From Bdellovibrionales bacterium (GTDB taxonomy: Bacteria > Bdellovibrionota > Bdellovibrionia > Bdellovibrionales > JAUICD01): 64,000 bases of DNA. This document shows positions 31,547 through 44,134 of this stretch, one piece after another (the first letter of the stretch is position 1; each line of letters starts with the position of its first letter). Both the position numbers and the translations under genes were made by a program. The stretch lies in NCBI GenBank assembly GCA_965203275.1, contig OZ241865.1, positions 320,001 to 384,000 of the forward strand, given 5' to 3'. The notes beneath the pieces are model-generated. The model saw only the letters and a program-made list of their open reading frames with translations, did not search any database and was not told the DNA's origin.

Positions 31547-32485
31547 ATGCTATTTCAAAGGAAAAAAATTGCTGTGATTGGCAGTGGATTTGTAGGAGCA
31601 ACAGCTGCCCATCAATTAGCTTTTAAGGAGCTAGGAGATGTGGTTCTGTTAGACATTCATGAAGGTATGACAAAAGGTAAAGCTCTTGATTTGTTGGAGT
31701 CTTCCCCTATTTCATATTTTGATAGCCACATTACAGGAACAAAAGACTACAAAGATATTTCCAATTCTGATCTCATCATTATAACAGCTGGATTACCTCG
31801 CAAGCCAGGCATGAGCCGTGATGACTTACTTGCTACTAATGCTAAAATTATGAAGGAAGTTTGCTCAGGCATTAAGCAACATGCACCTGACAGTATTGTC
31901 ATTGTAGTCTCTAACCCTTTAGATGCTATGGCCTACATTGCTAAAAAAGAGCTAAACTTTCCAAGAAATCGCATTTTAGGTATGGCAGGTGTTTTAGATA
32001 GCGGTAGATTTAAAACCTTCATTGCTCAAGAACTTCATGTTTCTGTTAAAGATGTACATGCTTTTGTTTTAGGAGGACATGGGGATACTATGGTCCCTTT
32101 ACCACGTCTTTGCTCTGTGGGAGGTATTCCTTTATTAGAGCTACTCAGTCAAAATCAGGTGGATGCTTTAGTAGAGAGAACACGTAAGGGAGGGGCTGAA
32201 ATTGTTAGGCTTTTAAAAACAGGTTCGGCTTATTATGCTCCCTCTGCCAGTGCTGTGCAAATGGCTGAAGCTATTTTAAAAGGACAAAATCGCCTTTTAC
32301 CTTGTACTGCTTATTTAAAAGGGGAATTTGCTGTCCATGATCTTTTTATTGGAGTGCTTTGTGTTTTAGGTGCAAATGGATTAGAAAGAGTCATTGAGTT
32401 TCAATTAACACCAGAAGAACAAAAACACTTTGATCATTCTGTTCGTGCTGTCAAAGAGCTTGTCAACAAACTTGAAACCTTTTAA
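31547..32485 (+). CDS. mdh: Malate dehydrogenase (LDH-like)
   Basis: GSGFVG, TAGLPRKPGMSRDDL, VSNPLDAM, LGGHGDTMVP. Start set at the ATG after gggga. Confidence 0.95.
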   Translation: MLFQRKKIAVIGSGFVGATAAHQLAFKELGDVVLLDIHEGMTKGKALDLLESSPISYFDSHITGTKDYKDISNSDLIIITAGLPRKPGMSRDDLLATNAKIMKEVCSGIKQHAPDSIVIVVSNPLDAMAYIAKKELNFPRNRILGMAGVLDSGRFKTFIAQELHVSVKDVHAFVLGGHGDTMVPLPRLCSVGGIPLLELLSQNQVDALVERTRKGGAEIVRLLKTGSAYYAPSASAVQMAEAILKGQNRLLPCTAYLKGEFAVHDLFIGVLCVLGANGLERVIEFQLTPEEQKHFDHSVRAVKELVNKLETF

Positions 32486-32552
32486 TATGTGTGCTTTTTA
32501 AATATTTCTAATATGCAATAACTTTTAGACAGAAAAATAAAGCACATCTTAA

Positions 32553-34405
<1,853 letters not shown>

Positions 34406-34469
34406 GATATAAGTTCCTCTCTATTTTTGTTTGTCTTGTTTGTCATAACTTTGTCATAACCATAAATGA

Positions 34470-34769
34470 TTAGTTATGTTTTTTACGGGCTATCGTTTTA
34501 TTTAAATCGTTTCTTAACTCCTTGCCCACTTTAAAAAAAGGTAACTTTTTTTGCTTAATAGAAATCACACGGCCTGTCCTAGGATTTCTCCCTTTATAGG
34601 CATTGTATTGACGATTGGCAAAAGAGCCAAACCCTCTAATTTCAATGCGAGCATTTTTTAATATAGCATCTTTCATGGTATTAAAAATAGTATCTACCAC
34701 TAATTCTGCCTTCCCCTTTGTGATCTTTGCCTTTTGAGCAATGACTTGCACCAAATCTGATTTGTTCAT
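34470..34769 (-). CDS. ihfB: Integration host factor beta / HU-family protein
   Basis: MNKSDL, RIEIRGFGSF, Y.GRNPRTG, PFFKVGKELR. Confidence 0.8.
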   Translation of the reverse strand: MNKSDLVQVIAQKAKITKGKAELVVDTIFNTMKDAILKNARIEIRGFGSFANRQYNAYKGRNPRTGRVISIKQKKLPFFKVGKELRNDLNKTIARKKHN

Positions 34770-35090
34770 TGTAACCTTCCTCTCTGTTTGAAATTAAATA
34801 TTTCATAAGTTTATTCTTATCTTAATCTATATATTTTCTAAAATATAGCATCTTTCATTATAAATATCACATCTATTAAAATATAAAGTGTTTATTTTGT
34901 AAACAGAATATGTCTATTATGTAGTCACATTTAAGTTATTGAAAATATTATGCTTTTGCAAAATACCCCTATTTAAAGGCTTTATTATAGTCACTTTAAA
35001 TTTTATCTCGTCATAGAGATATTTGAGGGTCTGTGTTTAAAACATAATAATTTTAAGTACTTATATGTTTTTTTTAATATTCTAAAAGTT

Positions 35091-35106
35091 TGGCAACTTC
35101 TTTGCA
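35091..35106 (+). promoter_or_regulatory. Sigma54 (-24/-12) promoter
   Basis: TGGCAA-CTTCT-TTGCA with canonical spacing, ~85 nt upstream of 35190. Confidence 0.65.
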
Positions 35107-35189
35107 ACATAATTTTTTGAGGAGAATTGTATTTTTTGCGAGCCGTTTTTGCGGGTTGCTGTAACAAACCATAAGAGAAGGGGTAAATC

Positions 35190-37097
35190 ATGAAAAATAA
35201 ATTATATGTCTTTTTATTAATTCCAATGGCTTTTGCTATGACATCTTTTAATATACAAACCCTTAACCATGAGGGAAGATCTGAAATGGCTAGTAATAGT
35301 GATCCAAATGCATTAAAACATGCCTTAAGAGCATCAAGAGGAGCATCAGGCGGTCTTATTTCTGCTCCTTCTTTATTAACACAACAAACTGGAACAACTA
35401 TAGAAACTCCTGTTTTAGAAAGCCGTAGCATTGTATCAGGAAATCCAGCACCAGCACCAGCAGAAGTAGCTGAACCTGAAACAGTTGAACAAGATGCAGA
35501 AGCTTCAGATGCAGGTGCAAATGAAGTAGGTGGACAAAATGTAGGAACTTCAAGTGTAGCTGAAGGTACTACAGCAGTAGAGGTTGCAGATGAACAACCA
35601 GAAGAACCAGCAGAAGCTACTACAGTAGAGGTTGCAGATGCAGATGAACCAGAAGAACCAGCAGCAGACAATAACCCTACTACTACAGCTCCAGCAAATA
35701 CACCTATAGCTGAGCTAATCCAAAATATGCAAAAGGTTGTTTCCGGCATTGGTCCTACAGATCTTCCTTTTGATGTAAATGGAGATAGAAAAGCAGATAC
35801 TCATTTAAAGGTAAGTTTTGAAGAAGTCACATCTTCTGGTCCGCGTCCTCTCAATGTTAATAGTGGAAATGATGAGGATAAGGTTATTTTAAAGGTTGAA
35901 TCTAACACTTTTGAAAGTATTGGTTTAGAGGCAGAATCAGGAGTTTCTTGTGAATGCGATAATGAACAGAGCTTTCAGATAGAATTGACACGGAGTGATC
36001 TTGGTTTAGAACCTGGTGAAGATTTAGATGAAGAAAAAATCAAAAAAATTGTAACTAATCATGCTGATCAAATCATTGCTCAGATCAACAATAATAGAAA
36101 TGCACAACATCAGGCCAGCCTGGAAGAGCAAGATTGTAGCAAAAAAGGACATAAAAGTGCAAAACTAAGATGTTTTATTAAGCAAGTTAAAGACAATAAA
36201 GATAAAGATGAATCTTTAGCTACCATTGAGGAGATATTAGATGATCTAGCTTACAGTACAAAAAAGTCAGACGAGAGGCTTTTTGAACAGACTTTAAAGA
36301 AGCTAAAAGGTGATGAGGACCTTGTGGCATTAAAAGAGAAGTTTGAAAAAAGCCAAGAGGTGAGAGTTGCTGCTGATGAGCATAAAGAAAAAATGCATAA
36401 TTGGAATAAAGAGATCACAGAAGCGACAGAAGCTTATAACACAGCAGAAAATTATATGGCTCAGATAGAAATGCGTGGTTTTAGTACTCCTATGGATCAA
36501 CATAATTATCAAATAGCACTTCAGAATATGCGTCATGCTGAAACAGTGATGTACTCCACACAGCTTAAGATGCATACAGCTCGAAGAGCTTTTAACACTC
36601 ACTTTAACAGCATTGTTGGAAATTTAAGTTCAAGTCAAGTCACTGCTGCTAGAAATTATGCTTTCCCTAAGAGCCTCAGAAACAATATGGCTGTTATACC
36701 TTCAAGTAGCCGATTTGGACTTTCTACAACATTGGGAGGAGGCCCTCTTTCAAGACGACCTCTCCGTTCAAGAAACTTTAGAGATGGTTCTTTTATGGAT
36801 AGAAGAGATCGTTACTCTTTAAGAACTCCTTCAATTCTTTTAGATGATGGGGTATCTCACAGATCAGGTCGTAATGATCTACGCGGTGGTGGTTATAATA
36901 TCAGAAGCAGAAGAGGAAGAGGTGTGCGTACACCGTATCAATTTGATGCTTTGAGTAGACCTAGAGATTTAAATATTGATAGAGTAGCTCCAAGACAACA
37001 AGCCCCAAGAGTTCGTTCACAGAGGAGTCAAAGAGTTCCTAGGAGAAGGGGCGGTGGTTATGTCCAAAGAACAAGTAACAACAACAGAACCCGATAG
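35190..37097 (+). CDS. Hypothetical exported protein with acidic repeat N-region, coiled coil and Arg-rich C-tail
   Basis: Signal-like N-terminus, duplicated TT.VEVAD..PEEPA, strongly basic last ~120 aa. Confidence 0.7.
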   Translation: MKNKLYVFLLIPMAFAMTSFNIQTLNHEGRSEMASNSDPNALKHALRASRGASGGLISAPSLLTQQTGTTIETPVLESRSIVSGNPAPAPAEVAEPETVEQDAEASDAGANEVGGQNVGTSSVAEGTTAVEVADEQPEEPAEATTVEVADADEPEEPAADNNPTTTAPANTPIAELIQNMQKVVSGIGPTDLPFDVNGDRKADTHLKVSFEEVTSSGPRPLNVNSGNDEDKVILKVESNTFESIGLEAESGVSCECDNEQSFQIELTRSDLGLEPGEDLDEEKIKKIVTNHADQIIAQINNNRNAQHQASLEEQDCSKKGHKSAKLRCFIKQVKDNKDKDESLATIEEILDDLAYSTKKSDERLFEQTLKKLKGDEDLVALKEKFEKSQEVRVAADEHKEKMHNWNKEITEATEAYNTAENYMAQIEMRGFSTPMDQHNYQIALQNMRHAETVMYSTQLKMHTARRAFNTHFNSIVGNLSSSQVTAARNYAFPKSLRNNMAVIPSSSRFGLSTTLGGGPLSRRPLRSRNFRDGSFMDRRDRYSLRTPSILLDDGVSHRSGRNDLRGGGYNIRSRRGRGVRTPYQFDALSRPRDLNIDRVAPRQQAPRVRSQRSQRVPRRRGGGYVQRTSNNNRTR

Positions 37098-37104
37098 ATA
37101 TTTT

Positions 37105-37925
37105 CAAAGTGTGACCGACGGTTCAGTGCCGTCGGGCTAACTACCTAGAAAATCCATTTATTTAATTCACTAAAAGTAAACCAGCCTCTGGCTGTTTTTG
37201 GGCATTGGCTCACTAAAAGTGGTCTAGCCTCTGGCTACTTTCTGGTTGCCAGCCGAAGGCTATTCGCCTTCTCAAAAGCTGGCAACCTAGAAAGCTTGAC
37301 CACTTTTAGTAGGAAGGAAACCTTCATTTCTTAACACCATGTTAAGGAAAAAGTTCTTTCTTACACCTTTTGGCTACCGCCGTCGATCAAAGGCTGATTG
37401 CCTCAAAAATCCGTTTACTTTTAGTAATGAGGATCCCTTCGTCTCTTTACACGATGTTAAGGAAAAAGTTCCTTCTGTTTCACTAAAAGTGGTCTAGCCT
37501 CTGTTTCCCTAAAATTGAACTAGCCTCGGCTACTTTTGGGCAGTTAGCCCGACGGCTACTGCCGTCGATCAAAGGCTAACTGCCTAGAAAATCCATTTAT
37601 TTTGAGTAGGGGAGGATCCTTTTTTCTCTTAACAGCATGTTAAGGAAAAAGTTCTTTTTGAACCCGCCAAGGGCTCAGGAGGAAATTTTTTAGATGCAAA
37701 AATTCATTACAATCAATGCTCTGATGCCGGTTTGCTGGATCCCGGATCCTGGATCCCGGATCCCGGTTCCCGGATCCCAGATCCCGGATGAAAATCATGT
37801 TAGGGAAACAAGATGTTTATCGCAATGGCTTTCGCCATTGGCAAAATGGTCATTGCCTCAAAAATCTATACATTTTGAGTAGGGGAGGATCTCCTTGCTT
37901 TTTAACACCATGTTAGGGAAACAAG
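37105..37925. repeat. Structured repeat cluster plus heptamer run
   Basis: Units at ~37210-37350 and 37507-37650; (cc/ct)ggatc heptamers at 37722-37790. Confidence 0.85.
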
Positions 37926-38002
37926 ATATTCGTTTTTATGGATTTCTTTGAAAAGGTAAGGAATTTAGGTTTGAAAATTAGAAATCAAGTGATTTCAGCT
38001 AT

Positions 38003-38380
38003 TTAATACTGTGACTTTTGTATAAAAGTTACAGTATTAAGTGTTTGTAATTGTTAGACTTTTTTAGGTCGACTTTAGAAATTTCTAATTTTTCGTCTAA
38101 CACAATTCTTATCGTTTATTATGACATAAAACTTTATATTTTTGTTAAAAAAAATCAAAAAAAGTGACATTTTGTATCAAAAAGAATCACTTTTTTTAAT
38201 TTTTGTATCATCTTGAAACACTTTACTAATCTTTAAGACATAAGATCAGAAAAATGAGCAATGGTTTTTCATTTTTGTTTTATAACTTTTGATTTGTTTG
38301 ATTTTTCAAAACAATTTTCTTGCAAAAAATTGCCTGTTTTTTGCTCTTTCAAATTGTGACTTTTATACAAAAGTTACAGT
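38003..38380. promoter_or_regulatory. Candidate invertible promoter segment upstream of pilin (copy 2)
   Basis: Colinear near-identical copy of 11-388 (offset 37992); sites at 38003-38040 and 38353-38380. Confidence 0.6.
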
Positions 38381-38416
38381 GCTAAGTCATTGAAATCACT
38401 AGGTCGTTTAGGATGG

Positions 38417-38927
38417 GTTCATTAAAAGTGGCCAGAAGCTGGTTTACTTTTAGTGAAAAGGAAATCAATAGAAGGAAATCTTTTTCCTTAACATTGTGTA
38501 GAGGAGTAAAAGGATCCTTCTCTACTCAAAATAAACAGACTTTTGAGACATTGCTCTTTTTGGACAGCGATAGCTGTCAGAGCAAACGTCAGAAGGAGAT
38601 CTTTTTCCTTAACATCGTGTCAAAAGAGGAAAGGATCCTTCCTACTAAAAGTGGTCAGGCTTTTGAGGCAATGACCATTTTGTCAAAGGCGAAAGCCTTT
38701 GCGGTCATTGCCCAAGGTGTAAGAAGGAACTTTTTCCTTAACATCTTGTTAAAAAACGAGGAGATCCTCTCTACTAAAAGTAAACGGACTTTTGAGATAG
38801 CCAGCCTTTGATCGACGGTGAGAGCCGTCGGGCTGGCTATCCAAAAGTGACCAGAGGTCAGTTTACTTTTAGTGAAACAGAGGCTAGACCACTTTTAGTG
38901 AAACAGAGGCATGATTTATTTTGAGTG
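38417..38927. repeat. Structured repeat cluster between the switch and the pilin
   Basis: Partial units and a full reverse-orientation unit at ~38733-38875. Confidence 0.85.
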
Positions 38928-38948
38928 AAACAAACCGTGGAGGTTATT

Positions 38949-39641
38949 ATGGAACGTTTAATTAAGAATCAAAAAGGTTTTAGTTTAATTGAATTAATGG
39001 TCGTCGTGGCTATTATTGGATTATTGGCCGCTATTGCTATACCACAGTATAGTCGGTTTCAAAAAAGGGCAATTCAAACAGAGGCAAAAAGTGGTTTAAG
39101 TGGTTTATTTGTAGCACAAAAGGCATTTATAACAGAATGGAATTATGCAACATCCGATATGGACCAGCTAGGTTATGATATTGATGGAAATCAAAATAAT
39201 TATACTATTGGCTTTGCAGGAGCAACTACCAGCACAAGAGATGCAGAGTCGAATCCAGCTAATTATAGAGGACCAAAAGCAGAATCTAATAACGCAAATC
39301 AAAATTTCAATGTGGGTAAAACTATGCCTGCAACAGTAACAGCTAATAATGACGCAGCTTTTAGCGGTACGGCAGGACATGCATGTGCTGATAATGCAGG
39401 CGGTACAGCTTGTGATGCTGCTTCTGTCGCTGCAAACTGTGTTTGGCGAGGTGGCTCTTGTCAAGCACCACTTCAAAATGGTCTATATATAAGTGGAACA
39501 AGCGGGATAAATTATTTAGCTGGAGCTGTGGGATACCTGGGAACAAAAGACACAGGTATAGTTGATGATGATCTTGATGTTTGGACTATTAACCATGAGC
39601 GTACGTTAGTGGTTAGTCAGGACGGAACAGATAAAGATTAA
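38949..39641 (+). CDS. pilA: Type IVa pilin, probable major pilin
   Basis: RBS ggagg; NQKG|FSLIELMVVVAIIGLLAAIAIPQY; AIQTEAKSGL; followed by a terminator. Confidence 0.85.
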   Translation: MERLIKNQKGFSLIELMVVVAIIGLLAAIAIPQYSRFQKRAIQTEAKSGLSGLFVAQKAFITEWNYATSDMDQLGYDIDGNQNNYTIGFAGATTSTRDAESNPANYRGPKAESNNANQNFNVGKTMPATVTANNDAAFSGTAGHACADNAGGTACDAASVAANCVWRGGSCQAPLQNGLYISGTSGINYLAGAVGYLGTKDTGIVDDDLDVWTINHERTLVVSQDGTDKD

Positions 39642-39680
39642 TCACATAATCCTTTAATTTTAAGGTTTAAGCATGATGAG

Positions 39681-39717
39681 TATATGGGTCGTTTGCTACG
39701 GCCCATATATTTTTTTT
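39681..39717 (+). terminator. Rho-independent terminator after pilA
   Basis: tatatgggtcgt-ttgct-acggcccatata hairpin followed by a T-run. Confidence 0.7.
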
Positions 39718-39788
39718 AACAATAAGGGTTTAACGGCCCTTTTATTTTAGTTTTATTAATTTTTAACCAAACCATAAGGGGGTAAATT

Positions 39789-40022
39789 ATGCCAGTACAA
39801 GTTTTATATTTTTTAACAGGTTTTGCACTTAGCGAACTTAGACATATTCATTATCATGGAGGCCTAAACGAATGCAAAAGGGCAGGCGGTGACTTTAATA
39901 AAGTTAGACCATTACACAAAAACCAGGATGTAATGGATTCTATAAAAGACATGTTCAGACAGACAGCGTTTCTTTACAAGTCATTTGAAGGATTTTTCTC
40001 TAAGAAATCTTTTAAGAAGTAA
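39789..40022 (+). CDS. Small hypothetical protein
   Basis: RBS aagggg, 77 aa, followed by a hairpin and T-run at ~40041-40068. Confidence 0.5.
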   Translation: MPVQVLYFLTGFALSELRHIHYHGGLNECKRAGGDFNKVRPLHKNQDVMDSIKDMFRQTAFLYKSFEGFFSKKSFKK

Positions 40023-40136
40023 AGTGGAAAACATGTTTTTAAGGGCTTAACCGCCCTTTTGTTTTTTTATCATTTTGATACAAATCACTGATATTTCTTA
40101 AAAAATTCTCAAATAATAGTTAAGTCCCTTGAAAAG

Positions 40137-41306
40137 ATGCCGATACAGTACTTAAGGCTATTAAGTAGCTTAGAGAAGTATATGTATCTTAGAATAACCA
40201 TTATCTTATTGTGTTTGTCTTTATTTGGATGCGGTGGGAGCAAGTCATCCACTTCCATAACACCAACACCATCACCAGACAAGTCAGGACCCGGAGTAAA
40301 TCAAAGCCCGAGTCCAGTAGCAAGTCCAAGCCCGACATTGCCAAATTGCAATTCAAAGTTTATTGGCTTGCCTATTCTTAATATAAGAAAACCATTAATC
40401 AATGAAGCCACTGTTGATGATGGAGAGGCTTTAAGACGAGCTAGTGAAGATGGACATGTAGAAAATGTAAAGGCATTGCTAGAAAAGGGTACAGATATAA
40501 ATAGTCAAGACAGCAAATATGGCAAGACGGCCTTAATGTTGGCTAGTCAGTCTAATCATATAGAGATTGTAGGGTTATTGCTAGCGACTGATGCCAATGT
40601 GAACATTCAAGACAACTATGGCACGACGGCTTTAATGTATGCTAGCAATGGTCGTAAACACCATCACCAACACCAGACTGAGATTGTAAAGCTATTGCTA
40701 GCGACCGATGCCAATGTGAACATTCAAGACAACTATGGCATGACGGCTTTAATGTTGGCTAGTCGTGAGGGCTATGGCTATATAGAGATTGTAAAGCTAT
40801 TGCTAGCGACTTGTGCTGATGTCAATCATCAAGACAAATATGGCACGACGGCTTTAATGTATGCTAGCAATGGTCGTACTGAGATTGTAAAGCTATTGCT
40901 AGAGGCCGGAGCGAACGTCAATCATCAAACAAAAAAAGGATGGACGGCTTTAATGCATGCTAGTCGTACTGAGATTGTAAAGCTATTGCTAGCGGCCGGA
41001 GCTGATACCGACTTTCAAGACAGAAGAGGCCGAACAGCTTTAATATGGGCAAGCTTATATGGCCATGTTGAGCTTGTAAGGCTATTGCTAGCGGCCGGAG
41101 CTAACGTCAATATTCGAAATAATGAAGGGAATACGGCTTTAATAGCCGGTTTAAGAAGAGATATTGAGATTGTAAGGTTATTGTTAGAGGCCGGTGCTGA
41201 CGTTAACCTTCAAAACAAAGCAGGGAAAACGGCTTTATATTATGCAAGACAGGATGGTCGTACTGAAGTTGTAAGGTTATTGCTAGCGGCCGGAGCTACA
41301 GAATAA
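40137..41306 (+). CDS. Ankyrin-repeat lipoprotein with Pro/Ser linker (start probably 40182)
   Basis: Lipobox LFGC, PSP linker, about nine G.TALM.AS...IVKLLL.AGA repeats. Confidence 0.9.
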   Translation: MPIQYLRLLSSLEKYMYLRITIILLCLSLFGCGGSKSSTSITPTPSPDKSGPGVNQSPSPVASPSPTLPNCNSKFIGLPILNIRKPLINEATVDDGEALRRASEDGHVENVKALLEKGTDINSQDSKYGKTALMLASQSNHIEIVGLLLATDANVNIQDNYGTTALMYASNGRKHHHQHQTEIVKLLLATDANVNIQDNYGMTALMLASREGYGYIEIVKLLLATCADVNHQDKYGTTALMYASNGRTEIVKLLLEAGANVNHQTKKGWTALMHASRTEIVKLLLAAGADTDFQDRRGRTALIWASLYGHVELVRLLLAAGANVNIRNNEGNTALIAGLRRDIEIVRLLLEAGADVNLQNKAGKTALYYARQDGRTEVVRLLLAAGATE

Positions 41307-41398
41307 TACCAATTCTATATTTGTCTCAAAGTGAGAATCTTTTTTTTTATCTTTTTTTCACATAAATCATTAAGTCAGACTAAAGTCATACCGATATT

Positions 41399-42169
41399 AT
41401 GCTTATGGCAGGTTTTATTATTATTTCTCTAGCAATATTTTTTTGTTTTTTGATCTTTGGCAATCGGTCAGATCCCAGGAAACAATTATTGTATGCTTGT
41501 GATAACGGACATACAGATGTTGTAGGGATATTGATAGAAAGTAAAGCTGATATTGACATTAAAGGAGAAGCTGGCCAGAGGGGTTTAATGATGGCAAGCT
41601 ATAACGGATATACAGATATTGTATTGTTATTGCTAGAGGCTGGAGTCGATGTCAATATTCAAAGCCAAGATGGCTGGACGGCTTTATTATTTGCTAGTAC
41701 AAACGGCCACGAGGAAATTGTAAGGCTTTTATTATTATCAAATGCAAATGCTGATATTCAAACTTATAAAGAAGGCTTTACGGCTTTACTAGTAGCAAGT
41801 GCTAAAGGTCATATAAAGATTGTAAGGCTTTTATTAGCAGATGGTGCAAATCCAGATATTCAAGACAATGACAATGGAACAGCTTTATTGGGAGCTTGTA
41901 TATTTGGTCATATAGGGATTATAAGGCTTTTATTGGACTTTGGAGCAAACATCGACGTCCAGGGGAAAAAAGGTATGACAGCTTTAATGTTGGCTAGTTA
42001 TTTAGGACGTACAGAGATAGTAAGGATGTTGCTAGAAGACAATGCAGACGTAGAAATAAAAACCAGAGATGGGTGGTCGGCTATAAGCATAGCTCTTTCA
42101 AAGAATTACAAAGACATATATGATATGTTGTTTATGGCTATGGTTAGAAAATATAAATTAATAAGTTAG
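41399..42169 (+). CDS. Ankyrin-repeat protein with N-terminal TM
   Basis: Repeated G.TAL..A...GH..IV.LLL..GA units. Confidence 0.9.
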   Translation: MLMAGFIIISLAIFFCFLIFGNRSDPRKQLLYACDNGHTDVVGILIESKADIDIKGEAGQRGLMMASYNGYTDIVLLLLEAGVDVNIQSQDGWTALLFASTNGHEEIVRLLLLSNANADIQTYKEGFTALLVASAKGHIKIVRLLLADGANPDIQDNDNGTALLGACIFGHIGIIRLLLDFGANIDVQGKKGMTALMLASYLGRTEIVRMLLEDNADVEIKTRDGWSAISIALSKNYKDIYDMLFMAMVRKYKLIS

Positions 42170-42342
42170 CTATTATATATTGAGATTTGTCTCACATATC
42201 AATCTTTATTCTTATATTGATTGCCATGCCTTCTTTGAAGTCTCAAACATCGAAACTTTACAAACCATTCTATTAAACCCACTGGATGATACTTGATTGT
42301 TTTTTTCTATAAAACCATGTATCTTTTGACTTTTTTAAAGCT

Positions 42343-42531
42343 GTGTTGCACTTTGAAGTAAACCAGAGTGGGAGACACAGCTTGAATATCAAACAATATG
42401 TAGCTTATTATAGAGTATCAACATCAAGGCAAACTATTGGCTTGCAAGCTCAGGAGACAATGGTCAAAGCCTATCTTAAAGATCAATGCCCCCCTATCAA
42501 ATCATTCACAGAAAAGGAAAGTGGCAAGTAA
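42343..42531 (+). pseudogene. Truncated serine recombinase (resolvase N-terminus)
   Basis: YVAYYRVSTSRQ..GLQAQ...F.EKESGK, then a stop; the rest of the catalytic domain is absent. Confidence 0.75.
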
Positions 42532-42707
42532 TACAGGGACTCAATCAAGAGTAGCCGACTTTAATCATTATGATAAATTCTGACAACAATAAAAATATCG
42601 ACACGAAGGGTCAAAGGAGTTGACTTCGATGATGATCTTTTACGTTCTGTGTGGTAGGTAAATAAATATTTAAATATTCCAAAGAAATATCCTTTATAGG
42701 AGGTAAA

Positions 42708-43130
42708 ATGGAAAAGAAATTAATAACAGTTTTGATTTTCACAGTGACTTTGCTGAATCAAAGTCTTACATGGGCTACCTGGGGCTATCTGGATAGATAT
42801 CCAAATCATGGTTTTGAGCCTAAAGCCATTACAGATGTTAGCATTAAGGCAAACTGGACGTGTTGCGAAAGAACGCAGTTAATGTATCATAGCTCCGAAG
42901 GCAATACCAGTAAGGTAAAGGAATTGCTAGAGACCGGTGCCGATCCAAATGTTCAAGATGATAATGGCTGGACACCTTTAAATTATGCTACTTATAACGG
43001 ACATATTGAAATTGTAAAGCTACTGCTAGATGCTGAAGTAGACATCAGGCCTCAAGACATAAGGTTATCTAGAGAGGGCGGGCATGAGGATATTGAAAAT
43101 CTCTTATTAGATGCCATTGATACAGAATAA
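42708..43130 (+). CDS. Secreted short ankyrin-repeat protein
   Basis: RBS aggagg, signal peptide, LLETGADPNVQDDNGWTPL..A..NGH.EIVKLLL. Confidence 0.85.
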   Translation: MEKKLITVLIFTVTLLNQSLTWATWGYLDRYPNHGFEPKAITDVSIKANWTCCERTQLMYHSSEGNTSKVKELLETGADPNVQDDNGWTPLNYATYNGHIEIVKLLLDAEVDIRPQDIRLSREGGHEDIENLLLDAIDTE

Positions 43131-43616
43131 GACCAAAGATTGGTAGGACTCCCACTTATAGTTTTTATTAAAATAGGTATTAAGGCTTGACATTAAAACA
43201 AAATAGGTTATAGATAATTGCCAAACAGGGGAGGAAGCAGAAGGATAGTTAATTGATTTTAAAGATTCTTAAATGTTTTCATAATGGATTTTATCACAGG
43301 CATACATTAAAGCGGTCTTACCTTTATTTTCAGTCATAGTTCATCTCCTCTCTGTTTGTTAAAAAAATCATTTTAAACTTTGAAAGTGAGTTTATTTGAG
43401 TTTCATAATTTTTTTATGTTTTTTATTGTCTCTTTTAGAGACACTTAAATAAAAACGTCTATCTTTTCTCTAAAGTTTATGCTACGAAATCCCGACTAAA
43501 TAGACGTGCATGCTCTAAAGGCTAAATCACTATCGAAACCAATTTATATTCATGAATAAAAAATAAACATAAATAATAAAAAAACATGGATAATAAAAGA
43601 GAGAGGAAAACACTTT

Positions 43617-43991
43617 ATGAATTGATCCATCAGTAGATATTAATTTGATCTTGGATTTTTTTGTAAAACATCCTATATTTTCCCTTATTATATTATTTAT
43701 TGCAGGGATGATATGGTTCTGTTTTTGGACTTTATATCGACAGCTATCTAACCATTTATCTACACAAATCAAAGAGATTAAGGAAGATATTAAAGAAGTG
43801 AAACAAGAGGTTAAAGAAAAGATTAACGAGGTTAAGGAAGATATAAGAAGGTTCAAGATGATAATGTAAAAATAAAAGAAGATAATGTAAAAATAATAGA
43901 AACCATAAATATATTGGGTAAAAACGTTGAGAAGTTAATGACAATCCAAGAAAAGACAGTATCTTTGCTTAAAAAAAATAATATACTATAA
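43617..43991 (+). pseudogene. Frameshifted TM + coiled-coil gene
   Basis: The ATG at 43617 after an RBS is out of frame with ORF 43645-43869. KEDIKEV heptads continue in another frame as VQDDNVKIKEDNVKI to a stop at 43991. Confidence 0.5.
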
Positions 43992-44134
43992 TTAATTTCT
44001 ACTGTTGTAGATGCTTCGCCTACTACTTCTTTGGTTTTTGCTATTCTGTATATAGAATTTCTACTTCCGCAGACTCCGCTTGCTCCTTAAAAACATTTTA
44101 GAAGTATATCTTGTTTCTTTAACATGGTATTTAT

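Noticed and set aside
42343..42531. Serine recombinase as the enzyme for the pilin switches
   Set aside because: It is truncated. The sites also have a symmetric central TA, with asymmetry only across a wider spacer, which fits tyrosine recombinases better.
40137..43130. Integron cassette array or diversity-generating retroelement
   Set aside because: No integron integrase or reverse transcriptase in the window, no adenine-specific TR/VR pair noticed, and the structured repeats flank housekeeping genes rather than separating single cassettes.
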